The notes beneath the pieces were generated by a model. It saw nothing but the letters and a program-made list of their open reading frames with translations. It did not search any database and was not told the origin of the DNA. This document shows, piece after piece, positions 10,007 through 20,258 of a DNA stretch of 64,000 nucleotides (positions are counted from its first letter, which is position 1; each line of letters starts with the position of its first letter). Source of the DNA: Deltaproteobacteria bacterium (lineage in GTDB: Bacteria > Myxococcota_C > UBA6777); NCBI GenBank assembly GCA_006226375.1, contig SBHC01000026.1:30903-94902 (forward strand), given 5' to 3'. The position numbers and the translations under genes were made by a program.

Positions 10007-11152
10007 ATGAAACAGTTTGGTCCACTTCATGGGATCACAATCGTGGATTTGACGCGGGTTTTGGCTGGCCCCTTCTGCACAATGGTACTGGCAGATCTTG
10101 GAGCCACCGTGATCAAGGTTGAAATCCCCGAGCATGGCGATGACTCACGTCACTTCGGACCTTTCCTCGGAGAGACTTCGGCTTATTTCATGTCGCTCAA
10201 CAGAGGGAAACAAAGCATCGCGCTCGACCTCAAACAACCCAAAGACCGCGAGAACTTCGAAGCTCTCCTCTCCAACGCAGACGTCCTCATCGAAAATTTC
10301 AGACCTGGGACGATGAAACGTCTGGGATATGATTGGATCAGTTTACATAACATGTATCCAGAATTAATCATGGCATCCATCTCAGGATTTGGTCAGACAG
10401 GCCCAATGTCCAACGAACCGGCCTATGATTTGGTGATTCAAGCGATGGGAGGGTTGATGAGTATAACAGGACAACCCGAAGGACCTCCTACTCGGGTGGG
10501 AACATCCATTGGTGACATTGCCTCAGCGATGTTTGCGTCCAACGGAATCCTAGCGGCGTTGTACCACCGAAGCCAAACATGTGAAGGCTCTTATGTTGAT
10601 ATATCGATGTTGGATTGCCAGGTGGCTCTGCTGGAAAACGCCATTGCAAGAACACACACTCAGGGCAACCCTCCACAACCACTGGGAGCAAGACACCCTT
10701 CGATAACACCTTTTGATGCGTTCCAAACCAAAGATGGACCTATCGTGATAGCTTGCGGCAATGATAAGTTATTTCAGAAGCTATGCGATGTGTTAAGAAG
10801 AGAAGAGTTAAAGCTGGATGTACGTTTTGTGACGAATGCAGCAAGAACCGAACATCAGGAGGATTTGAAGGTTGAGTTGGAGTCCACACTCCAGACCAAC
10901 CACAAGGAACACTGGCTAGAACAATTGAAGTTGGAGGGAATACCGTCTGGGCCGATTCAAAACGTGAAGGAAGTGATGGAGCACCCACAGGTTAAGGCTA
11001 GAAACATGATTGTAACGTGCCAGGACCCTGTGGAAGGGGCCGTTCCTATGGCAGGAAACCCCATCAAGATAGAAGGGTTCCCGGACCCAGGCAAACGAGC
11101 CCCAGCCCCCCGGCTAGATCAAGACCGAGAGAAGCTCATTGGAGAGTCTTAG
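10007..11152 (+). CDS. CaiB/BaiF family III CoA-transferase
   Basis: DLTRVLAGPFCTMVLADLGATVIKVE, NRGKQSIALDLK, ENFRPG and AYDLVIQAMGGLM (catalytic Asp). Confidence 0.95.
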   Translation: MKQFGPLHGITIVDLTRVLAGPFCTMVLADLGATVIKVEIPEHGDDSRHFGPFLGETSAYFMSLNRGKQSIALDLKQPKDRENFEALLSNADVLIENFRPGTMKRLGYDWISLHNMYPELIMASISGFGQTGPMSNEPAYDLVIQAMGGLMSITGQPEGPPTRVGTSIGDIASAMFASNGILAALYHRSQTCEGSYVDISMLDCQVALLENAIARTHTQGNPPQPLGARHPSITPFDAFQTKDGPIVIACGNDKLFQKLCDVLRREELKLDVRFVTNAARTEHQEDLKVELESTLQTNHKEHWLEQLKLEGIPSGPIQNVKEVMEHPQVKARNMIVTCQDPVEGAVPMAGNPIKIEGFPDPGKRAPAPRLDQDREKLIGES

Positions 11153-11162
11153 CCAAATCCAG

Positions 11163-11804
11163 CTATCGAAGCCGCCATAGCATGTCAAACCCAGGGGTGG
11201 TGTTTGCAACGTTACTGTTGTGAGATTCACACCATTGACTGTAGATGTCGGCCTGTTGGTAGGATTGACAAAGGCCATACGTTAGCATCATCCGGTAGGT
11301 TGGTGACTTCACAAATGGACTGGACTGAAGGACAACCCTTCGCCCATTGGGATTGATAGAATGATTGGCTTTGTACAACAGAAGCTCAAGCTTACGTAGC
11401 TTGTTTTGAGACGTAGGCAACGGTGCGACAAACAACAACTTCGCAACGGGGTTTCCTTGACCTGCAAGCAATCGGCTTAGACTTTTTCGTGTCATGGGTT
11501 TTAGCATGGCCGCTTGAGTAAAGACGTTCTTGTTGCTCCGTTTCTCACGAACAACCAGCTTCCAGGAGTCCTGGGTACGGTTCAAGACATTCACAATCAG
11601 CTTGGTGTTCGGCCTCCCGGCAATCAAGAGATTCAAACCATCTTCAAACTTAGGAAGCACTTCTTTGGTGGACTTGGCTTCCACAACAATGGGACCCAAC
11701 ACGACTCTCGTCGTTCCGCCGCTCCCGATGGTTTGTGTCGTCGCACAACCCATCAAACCAAGACTCAAACCAACCAATACGATCCATAGGTATCTCTGTC
11801 TCAT
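11163..11804 (-). CDS. Hypothetical lipoprotein
   Basis: SD GGAGG. Lipobox LMGC. 213-aa ORF. Confidence 0.7.
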   Translation of the reverse strand: MRQRYLWIVLVGLSLGLMGCATTQTIGSGGTTRVVLGPIVVEAKSTKEVLPKFEDGLNLLIAGRPNTKLIVNVLNRTQDSWKLVVREKRSNKNVFTQAAMLKPMTRKSLSRLLAGQGNPVAKLLFVAPLPTSQNKLRKLELLLYKANHSINPNGRRVVLQSSPFVKSPTYRMMLTYGLCQSYQQADIYSQWCESHNSNVANTTPGFDMLWRLR

Positions 11805-11837
11805 GGTAACCTCCTAGTAGAGTGCAAGCCGAGCTTG

Positions 11838-12608
11838 CTAAAGGTCCACGAAAGTCTTCCCCTCGGTACGAACATTGTCTTGAAACACCCGGACTTTGAG
11901 CCGGTGTTCATCCTTGCGTGACATTGTACCGTACAACGTGATTGTGTACTGCCCTCCAGGCTCTAGCCGGACAGGCTCCATCGCCAAAAGGACACCTTGC
12001 ATTTGCGTTGGAGACAGAACAAACGAATGAGTTGCAGCAGGTAACGTGGTGTAGGAAGAGGCCCCCAAGGCTCCAACGTTGGAGAACAAGGGCGCTCCGG
12101 CAGAGGTAGCAAGTTTGAGATCCAGCCGAATGGAATCAGGTACTGCGTTTGCAAATCGAACCAAAACTTCGTTTGGTCCTAAGGCGTTATCTCCTGGCGA
12201 ATCCTGGAGAAGCATCCACAAAAAACTAGTCCCTCGTGGAACCAACAATGCAGTGTATCGTGGGAACAAGTGAAGCGTTTTCGCAACCCGTGCAAGAACT
12301 CGTTGCTCGTTGAGAGAATCATGGACCTCGAACCAATGATCACCAGAGGGGATTGCCCGGTATCCACTGCTCTCACCGTACCGAATCGTTGAAAACAAAG
12401 AGTTGCGATTTCGCATGACAACCACAGGAGAAGTACCAGGACTCATGTGAAGCATTCGAAGCTCAACAGTATCCCCAGCCGGCTTGGAAGTTTGTTTGGG
12501 ATCAGGCCCCTGTCCCGGGTTGTCAAAATCTAACTTGTAACTGCCACAACCCAAGCAAAACCAAATCAAACCGAGGACGCTTATCCATACAAACTTCGGA
12601 AAGTTCAT
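11838..12608 (-). CDS. DUF4397 domain lipoprotein
   Basis: Lipobox CLGC. Two repeats: LRMLHMSPGTSPV...YGESSGY and VRFANAVPDS...ASSYTTLPA. SD AGGAGG. Confidence 0.85.
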   Translation of the reverse strand: MNFPKFVWISVLGLIWFCLGCGSYKLDFDNPGQGPDPKQTSKPAGDTVELRMLHMSPGTSPVVVMRNRNSLFSTIRYGESSGYRAIPSGDHWFEVHDSLNEQRVLARVAKTLHLFPRYTALLVPRGTSFLWMLLQDSPGDNALGPNEVLVRFANAVPDSIRLDLKLATSAGAPLFSNVGALGASSYTTLPAATHSFVLSPTQMQGVLLAMEPVRLEPGGQYTITLYGTMSRKDEHRLKVRVFQDNVRTEGKTFVDL

Positions 12609-13031
12609 AGCTAGCCTCCTGTATGATGATGCTAAAGAAGTAACACCCCACAGTAGAAAGATTCATCAAGAACCTTCTACACTAACCAACACTTAACAGT
12701 GTAGTAGTATTCCAACAGAAGTACGTCAATCCTGCGAGGAGAAAAAAGATAGAAGAAAGAAATGCATCGAAAAGATCCCAGAAAAGACCTCTGCAAGAGA
12801 GGGGCTCATCCTGCTGCAAGAGTCCCAACCAAGCAGTGGGCTGGACATATCCGACCGATAAGTCATCCCACGCTCTTGGAAGAAAGAGTGAAGTGTCGCC
12901 CAAGCCTTGGTCTCTCCGCCTTGCTGTGCAGATGATTGGGTTGAAAACTCCACAAACAGAGAAGAAGCGTTGAGCATTCCAAGCCCATACAGCAGGCAAG
13001 TCGTTGGAACCAATCCAACAAAAAGAATCGA

Positions 13032-13060
13032 TTGACACCGTGAGCCGAACCCACTTAAAA
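13032..13060 (+). promoter_or_regulatory. Candidate sigma70 promoter for argE-argH
   Basis: TTGACA (13032-37), 17-nt spacer, TTAAAA. Perfect -35, weak -10. Confidence 0.35.
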
Positions 13061-13098
13061 GAGTGTCTGAAGTTGAACCCAAACCGCAGAGAGCAAGC

Positions 13099-14391
13099 AT
13101 GTCCCTAGATGTCGTTGCGTTATGCAAAAATCTCATCGCGATTGACTCCATCAATCCATTCCGAACAGAAATATCACCGACAGGCGAGGTCGTCATTGAC
13201 GGCAAGGAAGAAGAGATCCTCGCCTATTGTGAAGGGTTACTGCAAGACGCAGGCTTTGCAACCCGACGCCAAGACTGTGGCGGCGGACGACAAAATTTGA
13301 TCGCAGAAAAAGGAGAAGGAGTCGTCTCTCTGTTGCTGTATGGCCACGTGGATACCGTGGAAGTCAAAGAGGGATGGACCTACGAAGAAGCTCTATCACC
13401 CGTTGTTCGAACAAGGGAGGTCGATGGGAAGGCCGTTGAAACCCTCGTAGGTTTGGGGTCAAACGACATGAAAGGCGGCGTGGCTGCGATGTTGTGCGCC
13501 GCGATGAAGGCCGAGTTTGATGGCTACAAGCTTAAGGTGGTGTTGGGGTGCGACGAAGAGTTTTGGTCCCTGGGCAGTCATTGTTTGGTCCATGACAGCG
13601 ATGTCCTCGACGATGTTGGTCTCATTCTGGTGCCCGAGTTAGGAGAATCCACAGTAGCTCCCAAACCAGGAGAAATGCTCGTAACACTCGGACGTTGTGG
13701 CCGGGCTGAGCTTGTGATTGATGTGCCAGGGACAGGAGGTCATGGAGCCGAACCTCACCGCAGAGACCGCGTCAATGCAGTGACCCAGGCAGCCTATATC
13801 GCAGTAGCGATCGAGGAATACTCCCACACCTTGCCTGTGTACTATCCCTTTCCAGGAAGCCAACAACATGTGGAGAGCAGCGCCCTGGTAACGCGAATCG
13901 AAGGGGGCCAAGGGCTGCTTTCCATTCCAGACAAGGCGCAAATTATTGTCAATCGTGTGCTTGTGCCTGGGGAAACCCCGGAGTCTGCCCAAGACGACCT
14001 CGAAGACTTGCTCCTCCAGCTACGAGAGACAGGGGCCATTCAACCTGTATCTTACGGTGCCCAGGAGCACTGGCCGAGCGTTTCCATCCGGCCTCGCCCT
14101 ACCCCACCCCTTCTTCCATACTGCATGGATCCGCAAGAACCCACCATCGCAAGAGCGCTCAAGAGAGTAAAAACTCACGGACCGCTCCAATGTGGGATGG
14201 GGCTCTCCGTCGCGGATGAAAACCGGTTTGGTGGAGAAGCCAAAAAGCCCGTCCTTGTGATAGGACCGCGCGGTGAAGACTCCCACGCTGCCTACGAATG
14301 GGTCACCATCCCAAGTTTGCATCGACTTGAATCGACCTACCTGGACCTCATCCAACACGGCAACACCATTCTTCCTATTGAGACAACCTGA
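13099..14391 (+). CDS. argE: M20 family deacylase (ArgE/DapE-like); probable N-acyl-citrulline/ornithine deacylase
   Basis: GHVDTV, GSNDMKGG, CDEE, GGHGA and SHAAYEW metal/catalytic motifs. Directly upstream of argH. The symbol rests on context. Confidence 0.7.
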   Translation: MSLDVVALCKNLIAIDSINPFRTEISPTGEVVIDGKEEEILAYCEGLLQDAGFATRRQDCGGGRQNLIAEKGEGVVSLLLYGHVDTVEVKEGWTYEEALSPVVRTREVDGKAVETLVGLGSNDMKGGVAAMLCAAMKAEFDGYKLKVVLGCDEEFWSLGSHCLVHDSDVLDDVGLILVPELGESTVAPKPGEMLVTLGRCGRAELVIDVPGTGGHGAEPHRRDRVNAVTQAAYIAVAIEEYSHTLPVYYPFPGSQQHVESSALVTRIEGGQGLLSIPDKAQIIVNRVLVPGETPESAQDDLEDLLLQLRETGAIQPVSYGAQEHWPSVSIRPRPTPPLLPYCMDPQEPTIARALKRVKTHGPLQCGMGLSVADENRFGGEAKKPVLVIGPRGEDSHAAYEWVTIPSLHRLESTYLDLIQHGNTILPIETT

Positions 14392-14422
14392 TAAAACCCA
14401 ACACAACAAACAAGGAGACACG

Positions 14423-15817
14423 ATGAGCAAGCTTTGGGGCGGACGTTTTGAGGGCGAAAACGATCAATTGTTCGCGCGATTCAATGAGTCGCTTTCGTTC
14501 GACAAGAGACTATGGCGGGCTGACATCACAGGAAGTCTGGCTTACTCCGAAGGTCTCAAGCACGCTGGTGTCCTGAGTCAAGAAGAAGCGACGACCATCC
14601 AGGACGGATTGCGCTCCATCTTTGCCGACCTCGAAGCCAACCCCGCCTTGCTTGAGGAAGGTGTCCGCCAAGGAGTGGAGGACATCCATAGCTTTGTGGA
14701 AGGCGAATTGGTTCGTCGTATCGGAGATGTTGGTGGAAAGCTTCACGCTGGTCGGAGTCGAAACGATCAGGTAGCGACGGACCTCCGACTGTTTACCCGT
14801 GATGCCATCCGAAGTGTGCAGGGGCTTGCACGTAACGTTCAACAGGCTCTAGTGGACCTCGCCGAGAACAATCTTGATGTCGCAATCCCTGGCTACACAC
14901 ACCTTCAAAAGGCCCAACCTGTGCTGTTGGCGCATCACATGTTGGCCTACGTTGAGATGCTAGAGAGAGACCTTGAACGACTTGAAGATGCCCATCGACG
15001 CACCAACCGTTTGCCCCTTGGTTCGGGAGCAATGGCAGGAACCAACTACCACATTGACCGAGAATTTCTAGCCAAAGAGTTGGGCTTTGATAACATCAGC
15101 ATCAACAGCATGGATGGAGTTAGCGATCGAGACTATGTCTCCGATGTACTCCATGCTTGCTCTTTAATCATGATGCACCTGAGCCGCCTCTCTGAAGACT
15201 TGATTGTCTTTGCATCCACCGAGTTCGGCTTCATCGAGATGGGCGACGCTGTTTCAACAGGTTCGTCCATCATGCCCCAAAAGAAAAACCCCGACGCCCT
15301 CGAACTCATCCGAGGCAAAACGGGCCGGGTGTATGGCAACTTGCACTCCTTGCTGACAACATTGAAGGGCCTACCCCTCTGCTACAACAAAGACATGCAA
15401 GAAGACAAAGAGCCTCTCTTTGATACCCTTGATACCGTATCCGATTCGCTCGCAGTGACCACGATTGTCTTGAGAAACACCACCATTCGCAAAGACCGTT
15501 GTTTGCACGCTGCAAGCCGAGACTACCTGAACGCCACCGAGCTGGCTGATTACCTTGTCCGGAAAGGAATCCCTTTCCGTCAGGCTCATGGTGTGGCAGG
15601 ACGCTGTGTTTTGCATGCAGTACAAAACCAACTGCAGCTGGAAGAAATGACTCTGGAAACATACCAATCGTTCTCGCCTCAAATCGAAGACGATGTGTAC
15701 GAGGCGTTGTCCTTGGAGTCTGCTTTAGCCGGAAAGAACGTTCCCGGTGGAACAGCCCCCAACCAGGTCAAACAAGCCTTGGCCACCGCCAAAGCAAGGT
15801 TGCAGTCTGCTTCCTAG
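14423..15817 (+). CDS. argH: Argininosuccinate lyase
   Basis: MSKLWGGRF, GRSRNDQVATD, PGYTHLQKAQP and GSSIMPQKKNPD. SD AAGGAG. Confidence 0.98.
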   Translation: MSKLWGGRFEGENDQLFARFNESLSFDKRLWRADITGSLAYSEGLKHAGVLSQEEATTIQDGLRSIFADLEANPALLEEGVRQGVEDIHSFVEGELVRRIGDVGGKLHAGRSRNDQVATDLRLFTRDAIRSVQGLARNVQQALVDLAENNLDVAIPGYTHLQKAQPVLLAHHMLAYVEMLERDLERLEDAHRRTNRLPLGSGAMAGTNYHIDREFLAKELGFDNISINSMDGVSDRDYVSDVLHACSLIMMHLSRLSEDLIVFASTEFGFIEMGDAVSTGSSIMPQKKNPDALELIRGKTGRVYGNLHSLLTTLKGLPLCYNKDMQEDKEPLFDTLDTVSDSLAVTTIVLRNTTIRKDRCLHAASRDYLNATELADYLVRKGIPFRQAHGVAGRCVLHAVQNQLQLEEMTLETYQSFSPQIEDDVYEALSLESALAGKNVPGGTAPNQVKQALATAKARLQSAS

Positions 15818-15826
15818 CTTCCACCC

Positions 15827-16858
15827 TTATTTCTTGCTTTTGACAACCTCACCAGCTTTCCCCAAAGGCTCCAGCACCGCTTGGGTCGCCCCTGTTTCCC
15901 CGTAGGCAAACTCCTTAATGAAAGCAGCCACTGCGTTTTGGGTGGCCACCTGCACAGCGATGGTTGGGTCTTTGTTGGTTTCCAAAAGGTCGGAGTGTTG
16001 GGCGTCTTGAAGCCCCAAGAAGAAGACGGTTCCCGTGAAAGACTCGTACATCTTCACGCTGACATCGTACTGGAGCACTTCATCTTTTTTCCCATGAATG
16101 ATTAGCGTCGGGGGTCCGACTTTCGAAGGCTCCGACTCTTTGAACACAACAGCATTGAGGTTGGTCGCTGGTGCAACAAGGACGGAAGCCATCACCCGCT
16201 TCTCGGTGCAGCAGGCAAACCTTGTCCAACCCAGCACGGTAGCTCCACCTAGGGAATGGCCCAAGGCCACGATTTTGGAGGGGTCAAACCTGCGGAAGAG
16301 AGGGCTGGTTTCATCCTTCCCTTGCTCCAGGATTTTGTCCAAAACAAAGGTCAAGTCAGAGGGTTGTTGCTCCAGATCAAACATACCTGCTGGCGCGCCA
16401 GCCGGAGCGTCACGATGGGTCATGGGAAAGCGAGGAGCAACCACGGTGATCCCCTGGCTGGCAAGGTATGCGGCAAAGGTCCTAAGTTTCTCGGGATGAC
16501 CACCCAAGCCATGTGCAACCATCAGCAAGGGATACGTTCCGGCTTGCTCCTCCTTCATCACACCTGTCCAAACCCACACCTTAAAGGTCCGCTCCTCTGC
16601 GCCAGGCTCTCCTTTAACAGCCGGAGTTTTTCGAGAGGTATCGACAAACTCAAGAGTAAACATCGCAGGCTTGTCTTGGCTTACTGGCTTGGGCGGGGTT
16701 GTGTTGGAGTTGTTGGCATTGCTTGAGGCAGAATTGTTCGTGTTGTTCTTGTTGCTGGTAGAGTTGTTGTTCGAATCCGATGTCGAAGAACAATGAGCTC
16801 CGAAAAAGCCCAGCCCCAGAAGAAACGTAACAACCAAGAAGCGCTTCCAAACCATCAT
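15827..16858 (-). CDS. Alpha/beta hydrolase lipoprotein (chlorophyllase/PAF-acetylhydrolase-like)
   Basis: Signal with Cys, Asn/Ser linker, AHGLGG, nucleophile motif GHSLGG, HGKKD and QHS. Confidence 0.85.
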   Translation of the reverse strand: MMVWKRFLVVTFLLGLGFFGAHCSSTSDSNNNSTSNKNNTNNSASSNANNSNTTPPKPVSQDKPAMFTLEFVDTSRKTPAVKGEPGAEERTFKVWVWTGVMKEEQAGTYPLLMVAHGLGGHPEKLRTFAAYLASQGITVVAPRFPMTHRDAPAGAPAGMFDLEQQPSDLTFVLDKILEQGKDETSPLFRRFDPSKIVALGHSLGGATVLGWTRFACCTEKRVMASVLVAPATNLNAVVFKESEPSKVGPPTLIIHGKKDEVLQYDVSVKMYESFTGTVFFLGLQDAQHSDLLETNKDPTIAVQVATQNAVAAFIKEFAYGETGATQAVLEPLGKAGEVVKSKK

Positions 16859-16952
16859 ACCCGCTGCCCTTTTCGTCAGAGATAGAACGTAGAACCTGTG
16901 CCCATGCTCACCTTGATGTGGGAAGTTGTCAAGATCTTCGATAGGAAGTGAC

Positions 16953-17858
16953 CTACCTCTCTTGGGAAGAGATCATTGTACCAGAGCCTGACAGGGTGAA
17001 GATCTCCTGGAGCATCACATTTTCGCGTCTGCCGTTGAGAATGTGGGCGGCTTTGACGCCACGCTTTAACAAGTCGATAATGGCGTAGATTTTGGGCATC
17101 ATACCCGCTCCCACACCCTTGGACTTGTACATAGCTTCGGCTTCCTCAAGTGTCATTCTGGAGATAAGAGATGACTTGTCCTCAAAGTCCCTGTAGATGC
17201 CGTCCACATCACTGAGCAACAACAGTTTCTCTGCGTTCAATTCGACGGCAATTTCCGCAGCGATGGTGTCAGCGTTGATGTTGTAGACGTTGCCTTCGTC
17301 GTCTGCACCCAAGGAAGAGAGAACAGGGACATACCCTTCGTTAAGTAAGATTTTGAGCAAGCGGGCGTCGATCTCTACGATGTCACCAACATGACCGTAA
17401 TCCACCATCTTGCGCTCTCCCGTGGTTCGGTCCGTGACAGGCTGCTCTTTGCGACGCTTTGCGCGAATGATGTTCCCGGCCAAGCCCGACAAACCGACAG
17501 ACGGAATCCCCAACCGACGGAGGGTAGAGAGAATCTCGGTGTTGATTTTGCCCATAAACACCATCTTTGCGAGATCGAGCGTTTCACTATCGGTGACCCG
17601 TCTCCCGTTGATGATGGTTTGCTCTACGCCCATTTGTTCGGCCAAATGGGTCAGCTGCTTTCCACCTCCATGGATCACAACAATGAAGAAACCCACCTGA
17701 TGGAACAGAGCCACTTCTTCCATGATGGAGTGGAGCAACGTTGAATCTTCAGTGACCTTGCCGCTCAGCTTCACAATAAAGACGCTTCCCTTAAATTTCT
17801 GGATGAAAGGGAGGGCTTCACGAAGCAAAGCAACGCGTTCTTGGCTTGTATCAGACAT
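16953..17858 (-). CDS. argB: Acetylglutamate kinase
   Basis: IVKLSG, IHGGGKQ, GRRVTD, YNINADTIA, LSDVDG and GMMPK. Confidence 0.95.
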   Translation of the reverse strand: MSDTSQERVALLREALPFIQKFKGSVFIVKLSGKVTEDSTLLHSIMEEVALFHQVGFFIVVIHGGGKQLTHLAEQMGVEQTIINGRRVTDSETLDLAKMVFMGKINTEILSTLRRLGIPSVGLSGLAGNIIRAKRRKEQPVTDRTTGERKMVDYGHVGDIVEIDARLLKILLNEGYVPVLSSLGADDEGNVYNINADTIAAEIAVELNAEKLLLLSDVDGIYRDFEDKSSLISRMTLEEAEAMYKSKGVGAGMMPKIYAIIDLLKRGVKAAHILNGRRENVMLQEIFTLSGSGTMISSQER

Positions 17859-17932
17859 GGAAGGGGTCCTTTTTGGAGAGAATAGAGAAAAAGGAGCTTG
17901 GAAGGCAGAACAAACTTGTTGAGAAGAGCAGA

Positions 17933-18976
17933 TTAACCGTTGTTCAGGTACACCGACATCATGGTTTTTTGGAAGTGAAGTCGGTTTTCGGCTTCGTCCA
18001 CCACAACAGAGTGAGGACCATCCAGAACTTCATCTCCAACCACAACATTCCGGCGGACAGGCAGACAATGCATGAACAAGCCGTTGTTGGTGCGGCTCAT
18101 CACGTCGCCCGAGATCATCCAATCTCTGTACGCCTTGCGCATCTCGACTTCTTCGTCCAAACGACCGTAGTATTGGAGGCTTCCCCAGGACTTGGCGTAA
18201 ATCACATCTGCATCAGTAGCGGCTTCGTTCAAATCATGGGAGATGCTGAAGGAACCACCTGCGGCCTCGGCTCTTGCTTTGGCATCGTCCATCAAGGACT
18301 GATCCAACAAGAATTCTGGGGGACAAGCCAATGTCACGTGGGCCCCCAGCTGCGAGGAAGCCAGAGCAAAGGAGTTCGGAACAGCCATGGGCAACGCTTT
18401 GGGGTGATAAGCCCACGACAACACGACCTTTCGACCTGCAACAGAGCCAAGCTTTTCCTTGATGGTCATCATGTCAGCGCCCCCCTGCATGGGGTGATGA
18501 GTGGCCGATTCCATGTTCAAGATAGGCACCGGGCTGTACTTGGAGAACGCGCTCAACACAGGCTCGGTTTTGTCTTCTTCGTAATCCGACATAGAGGGAA
18601 AGCATCGCACTGCAATTGCATCAGCGTAGGAAGCCAAGACAGGAATAGCTTCCTTAATGTGCTCTGCGTTGGCGCCGTCCATGACAATGCCTTCGCGATG
18701 CTCCAGGTTCCAAACCCCTTTGCCAATCTCCAAAAGAACTTCTTCACCACCAAGTTGACGTACACCCACAACCATTGACGTCCGGGTCCGCAAGGAGGGG
18801 TTGAAAAAGAGCAGAATCACGCTCTTGCCATCCAGGGGTTTGCCGTAGGAGGCGCTCCCTTGCTTTTGTGCAATCGCAAGGTCCAACAGCGCTTCAAACT
18901 GTTCACGGGAAAGATCCCCGGTGGACAGGTAGGAAGAACCTTTAAGCTCGGCAAGAATAGGATTCAACTCTGACAT
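17933..18976 (-). CDS. argF': N-acyl-ornithine carbamoyltransferase (ArgF', AOTCase/SOTCase family)
   Basis: FFNPSLRTRTS, VMDGANAEHIKEA, HPMQ, WAYHPKALPMAVPNS, KSWG and HCLPVRRN. No SMG motif of classical OTCase. Confidence 0.92.
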   Translation of the reverse strand: MSELNPILAELKGSSYLSTGDLSREQFEALLDLAIAQKQGSASYGKPLDGKSVILLFFNPSLRTRTSMVVGVRQLGGEEVLLEIGKGVWNLEHREGIVMDGANAEHIKEAIPVLASYADAIAVRCFPSMSDYEEDKTEPVLSAFSKYSPVPILNMESATHHPMQGGADMMTIKEKLGSVAGRKVVLSWAYHPKALPMAVPNSFALASSQLGAHVTLACPPEFLLDQSLMDDAKARAEAAGGSFSISHDLNEAATDADVIYAKSWGSLQYYGRLDEEVEMRKAYRDWMISGDVMSRTNNGLFMHCLPVRRNVVVGDEVLDGPHSVVVDEAENRLHFQKTMMSVYLNNG

Positions 18977-19022
18977 CAGTTACTCCAATCACGTGTGCAA
19001 AGTATATGCAAAAGAACAAAGA

Positions 19023-20183
19023 TCAGGAAGAAAATTGAGAGAGAACATCCAGGAACAGATCAATCTCAGGTCGCTTAAGAGTCAACGGGGGCAACAAACG
19101 TAGCACATTGGGGACACTGGAGGTCCCCGTGATGATGTGATGCTCCATCAAAAAGTCCCGAATGACCGAGGCTTGCACCTCGAACTCAATCCCCACCAAG
19201 AAGCCCAAGCCGTGGGTCGCCTTCACGATAGGAAGCTCATTTAACTTGGCTCGTAGGTAGGCACTTTGTTCTTGCACATTCCCGATCAGATTGTCCTGCT
19301 GGATCGTATGAACCGTGGCAAGCAAAGCGGCTGAAGCAACCGGTCCAGCGCCAAAGGTAGTGCCGAGGTCTCCGTAACCCACATGACTTGCGACATCATC
19401 GCTCACCAACAAGGCTCCCATGGGGATGCCGCTCGCGATGGCTTTGGCCAAGCAAATGATGTCGGGGAGGACTCCGTGATGAGGGGCAAAGAAGAATTGA
19501 CCCGTTCGTCCCATCCCGGTTTGAATCTCATCAAAGACCAACATCGCTCCGTACTTGTCACACAAGTCCCGGAGGCCCTTAAAGTACGCAGGCGGCGCAG
19601 AGCGTGCGCCGTACATGCTCTGTACGGGCTCCAACATCACCCCGGCGGTCTTGTCCGACATCATCGACTCAAGCGCATCCAAATCTCCGAAGGGAGCGAA
19701 CAAGTGGTCGCTGACTCGGGGAGAAAACGCCTCTCGGTACTTGGCCATCCCCGTCGCAGAAAGAGTACCGATGGTCCTGCCGTGGAAGCTTCCCTCAAAG
19801 GTGATAACTTCTGGGCGGCCGGTCACCTTTCGGACAAGCTTGATCGCGTTGTCGTTGGCCTCAGCGCCGGAGTTAATAAAGAAAGCGTTCTTCAAACCCT
19901 GAGGCGCTACGGAGCAGAGAGCTTCTGCAGCAAGAGCGCGGGTCTCGTTGTAGACAACGTTGGAGTAGAAGATTAGCTCCGAGGCCTGCTTTTGGATGGC
20001 ATGCACGACATTGGGATGACAATGTCCTGTCGCAACAACAGCGTGACCTCCGTAAAGATCCAGATACTTCTGCCCTTCTGAGGTGTAGACCCACACATCT
20101 TCCCCACGCACAATCGACATGGGGTATTTTTGGTAGGTTTTCAGTTGGCAGGACTCTTCCAATTCAAACATGTTCCGAGACAT
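19023..20183 (-). CDS. argD: Acetylornithine aminotransferase
   Basis: NSGAEAN, SFHGRT, FDEIQTGMGRTG, LAKAIASG (PLP Lys) and GTTFG. Within the arg operon. Confidence 0.93.
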   Translation of the reverse strand: MSRNMFELEESCQLKTYQKYPMSIVRGEDVWVYTSEGQKYLDLYGGHAVVATGHCHPNVVHAIQKQASELIFYSNVVYNETRALAAEALCSVAPQGLKNAFFINSGAEANDNAIKLVRKVTGRPEVITFEGSFHGRTIGTLSATGMAKYREAFSPRVSDHLFAPFGDLDALESMMSDKTAGVMLEPVQSMYGARSAPPAYFKGLRDLCDKYGAMLVFDEIQTGMGRTGQFFFAPHHGVLPDIICLAKAIASGIPMGALLVSDDVASHVGYGDLGTTFGAGPVASAALLATVHTIQQDNLIGNVQEQSAYLRAKLNELPIVKATHGLGFLVGIEFEVQASVIRDFLMEHHIITGTSSVPNVLRLLPPLTLKRPEIDLFLDVLSQFSS

Positions 20184-20258
20184 GGTTTTCCCTTTCGCAT
20201 GGTTCCACACCGCTCCATCCCATACGCTTTGGAACGCGAGTGAGGAACTTCCCTGTCG

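Noticed and set aside
10300-11000. Apparent AT-richer stretch inside the CoA-transferase gene
   Set aside because: Only an impression by eye. The ORF is intact and there are no mobility signatures.
12609-13030. Intergenic ORFs and a 7-bp inverted repeat (ctacact...agtgtag near 12677-12704)
   Set aside because: The ORFs look non-coding and the inverted repeat is short enough to be chance.
18993-19012. TGCA-N7-TGCA resembling an ARG box between argD and argF'
   Set aside because: The spacing is one base off the ARG-box consensus, there is a single copy, and no argR is in the window.
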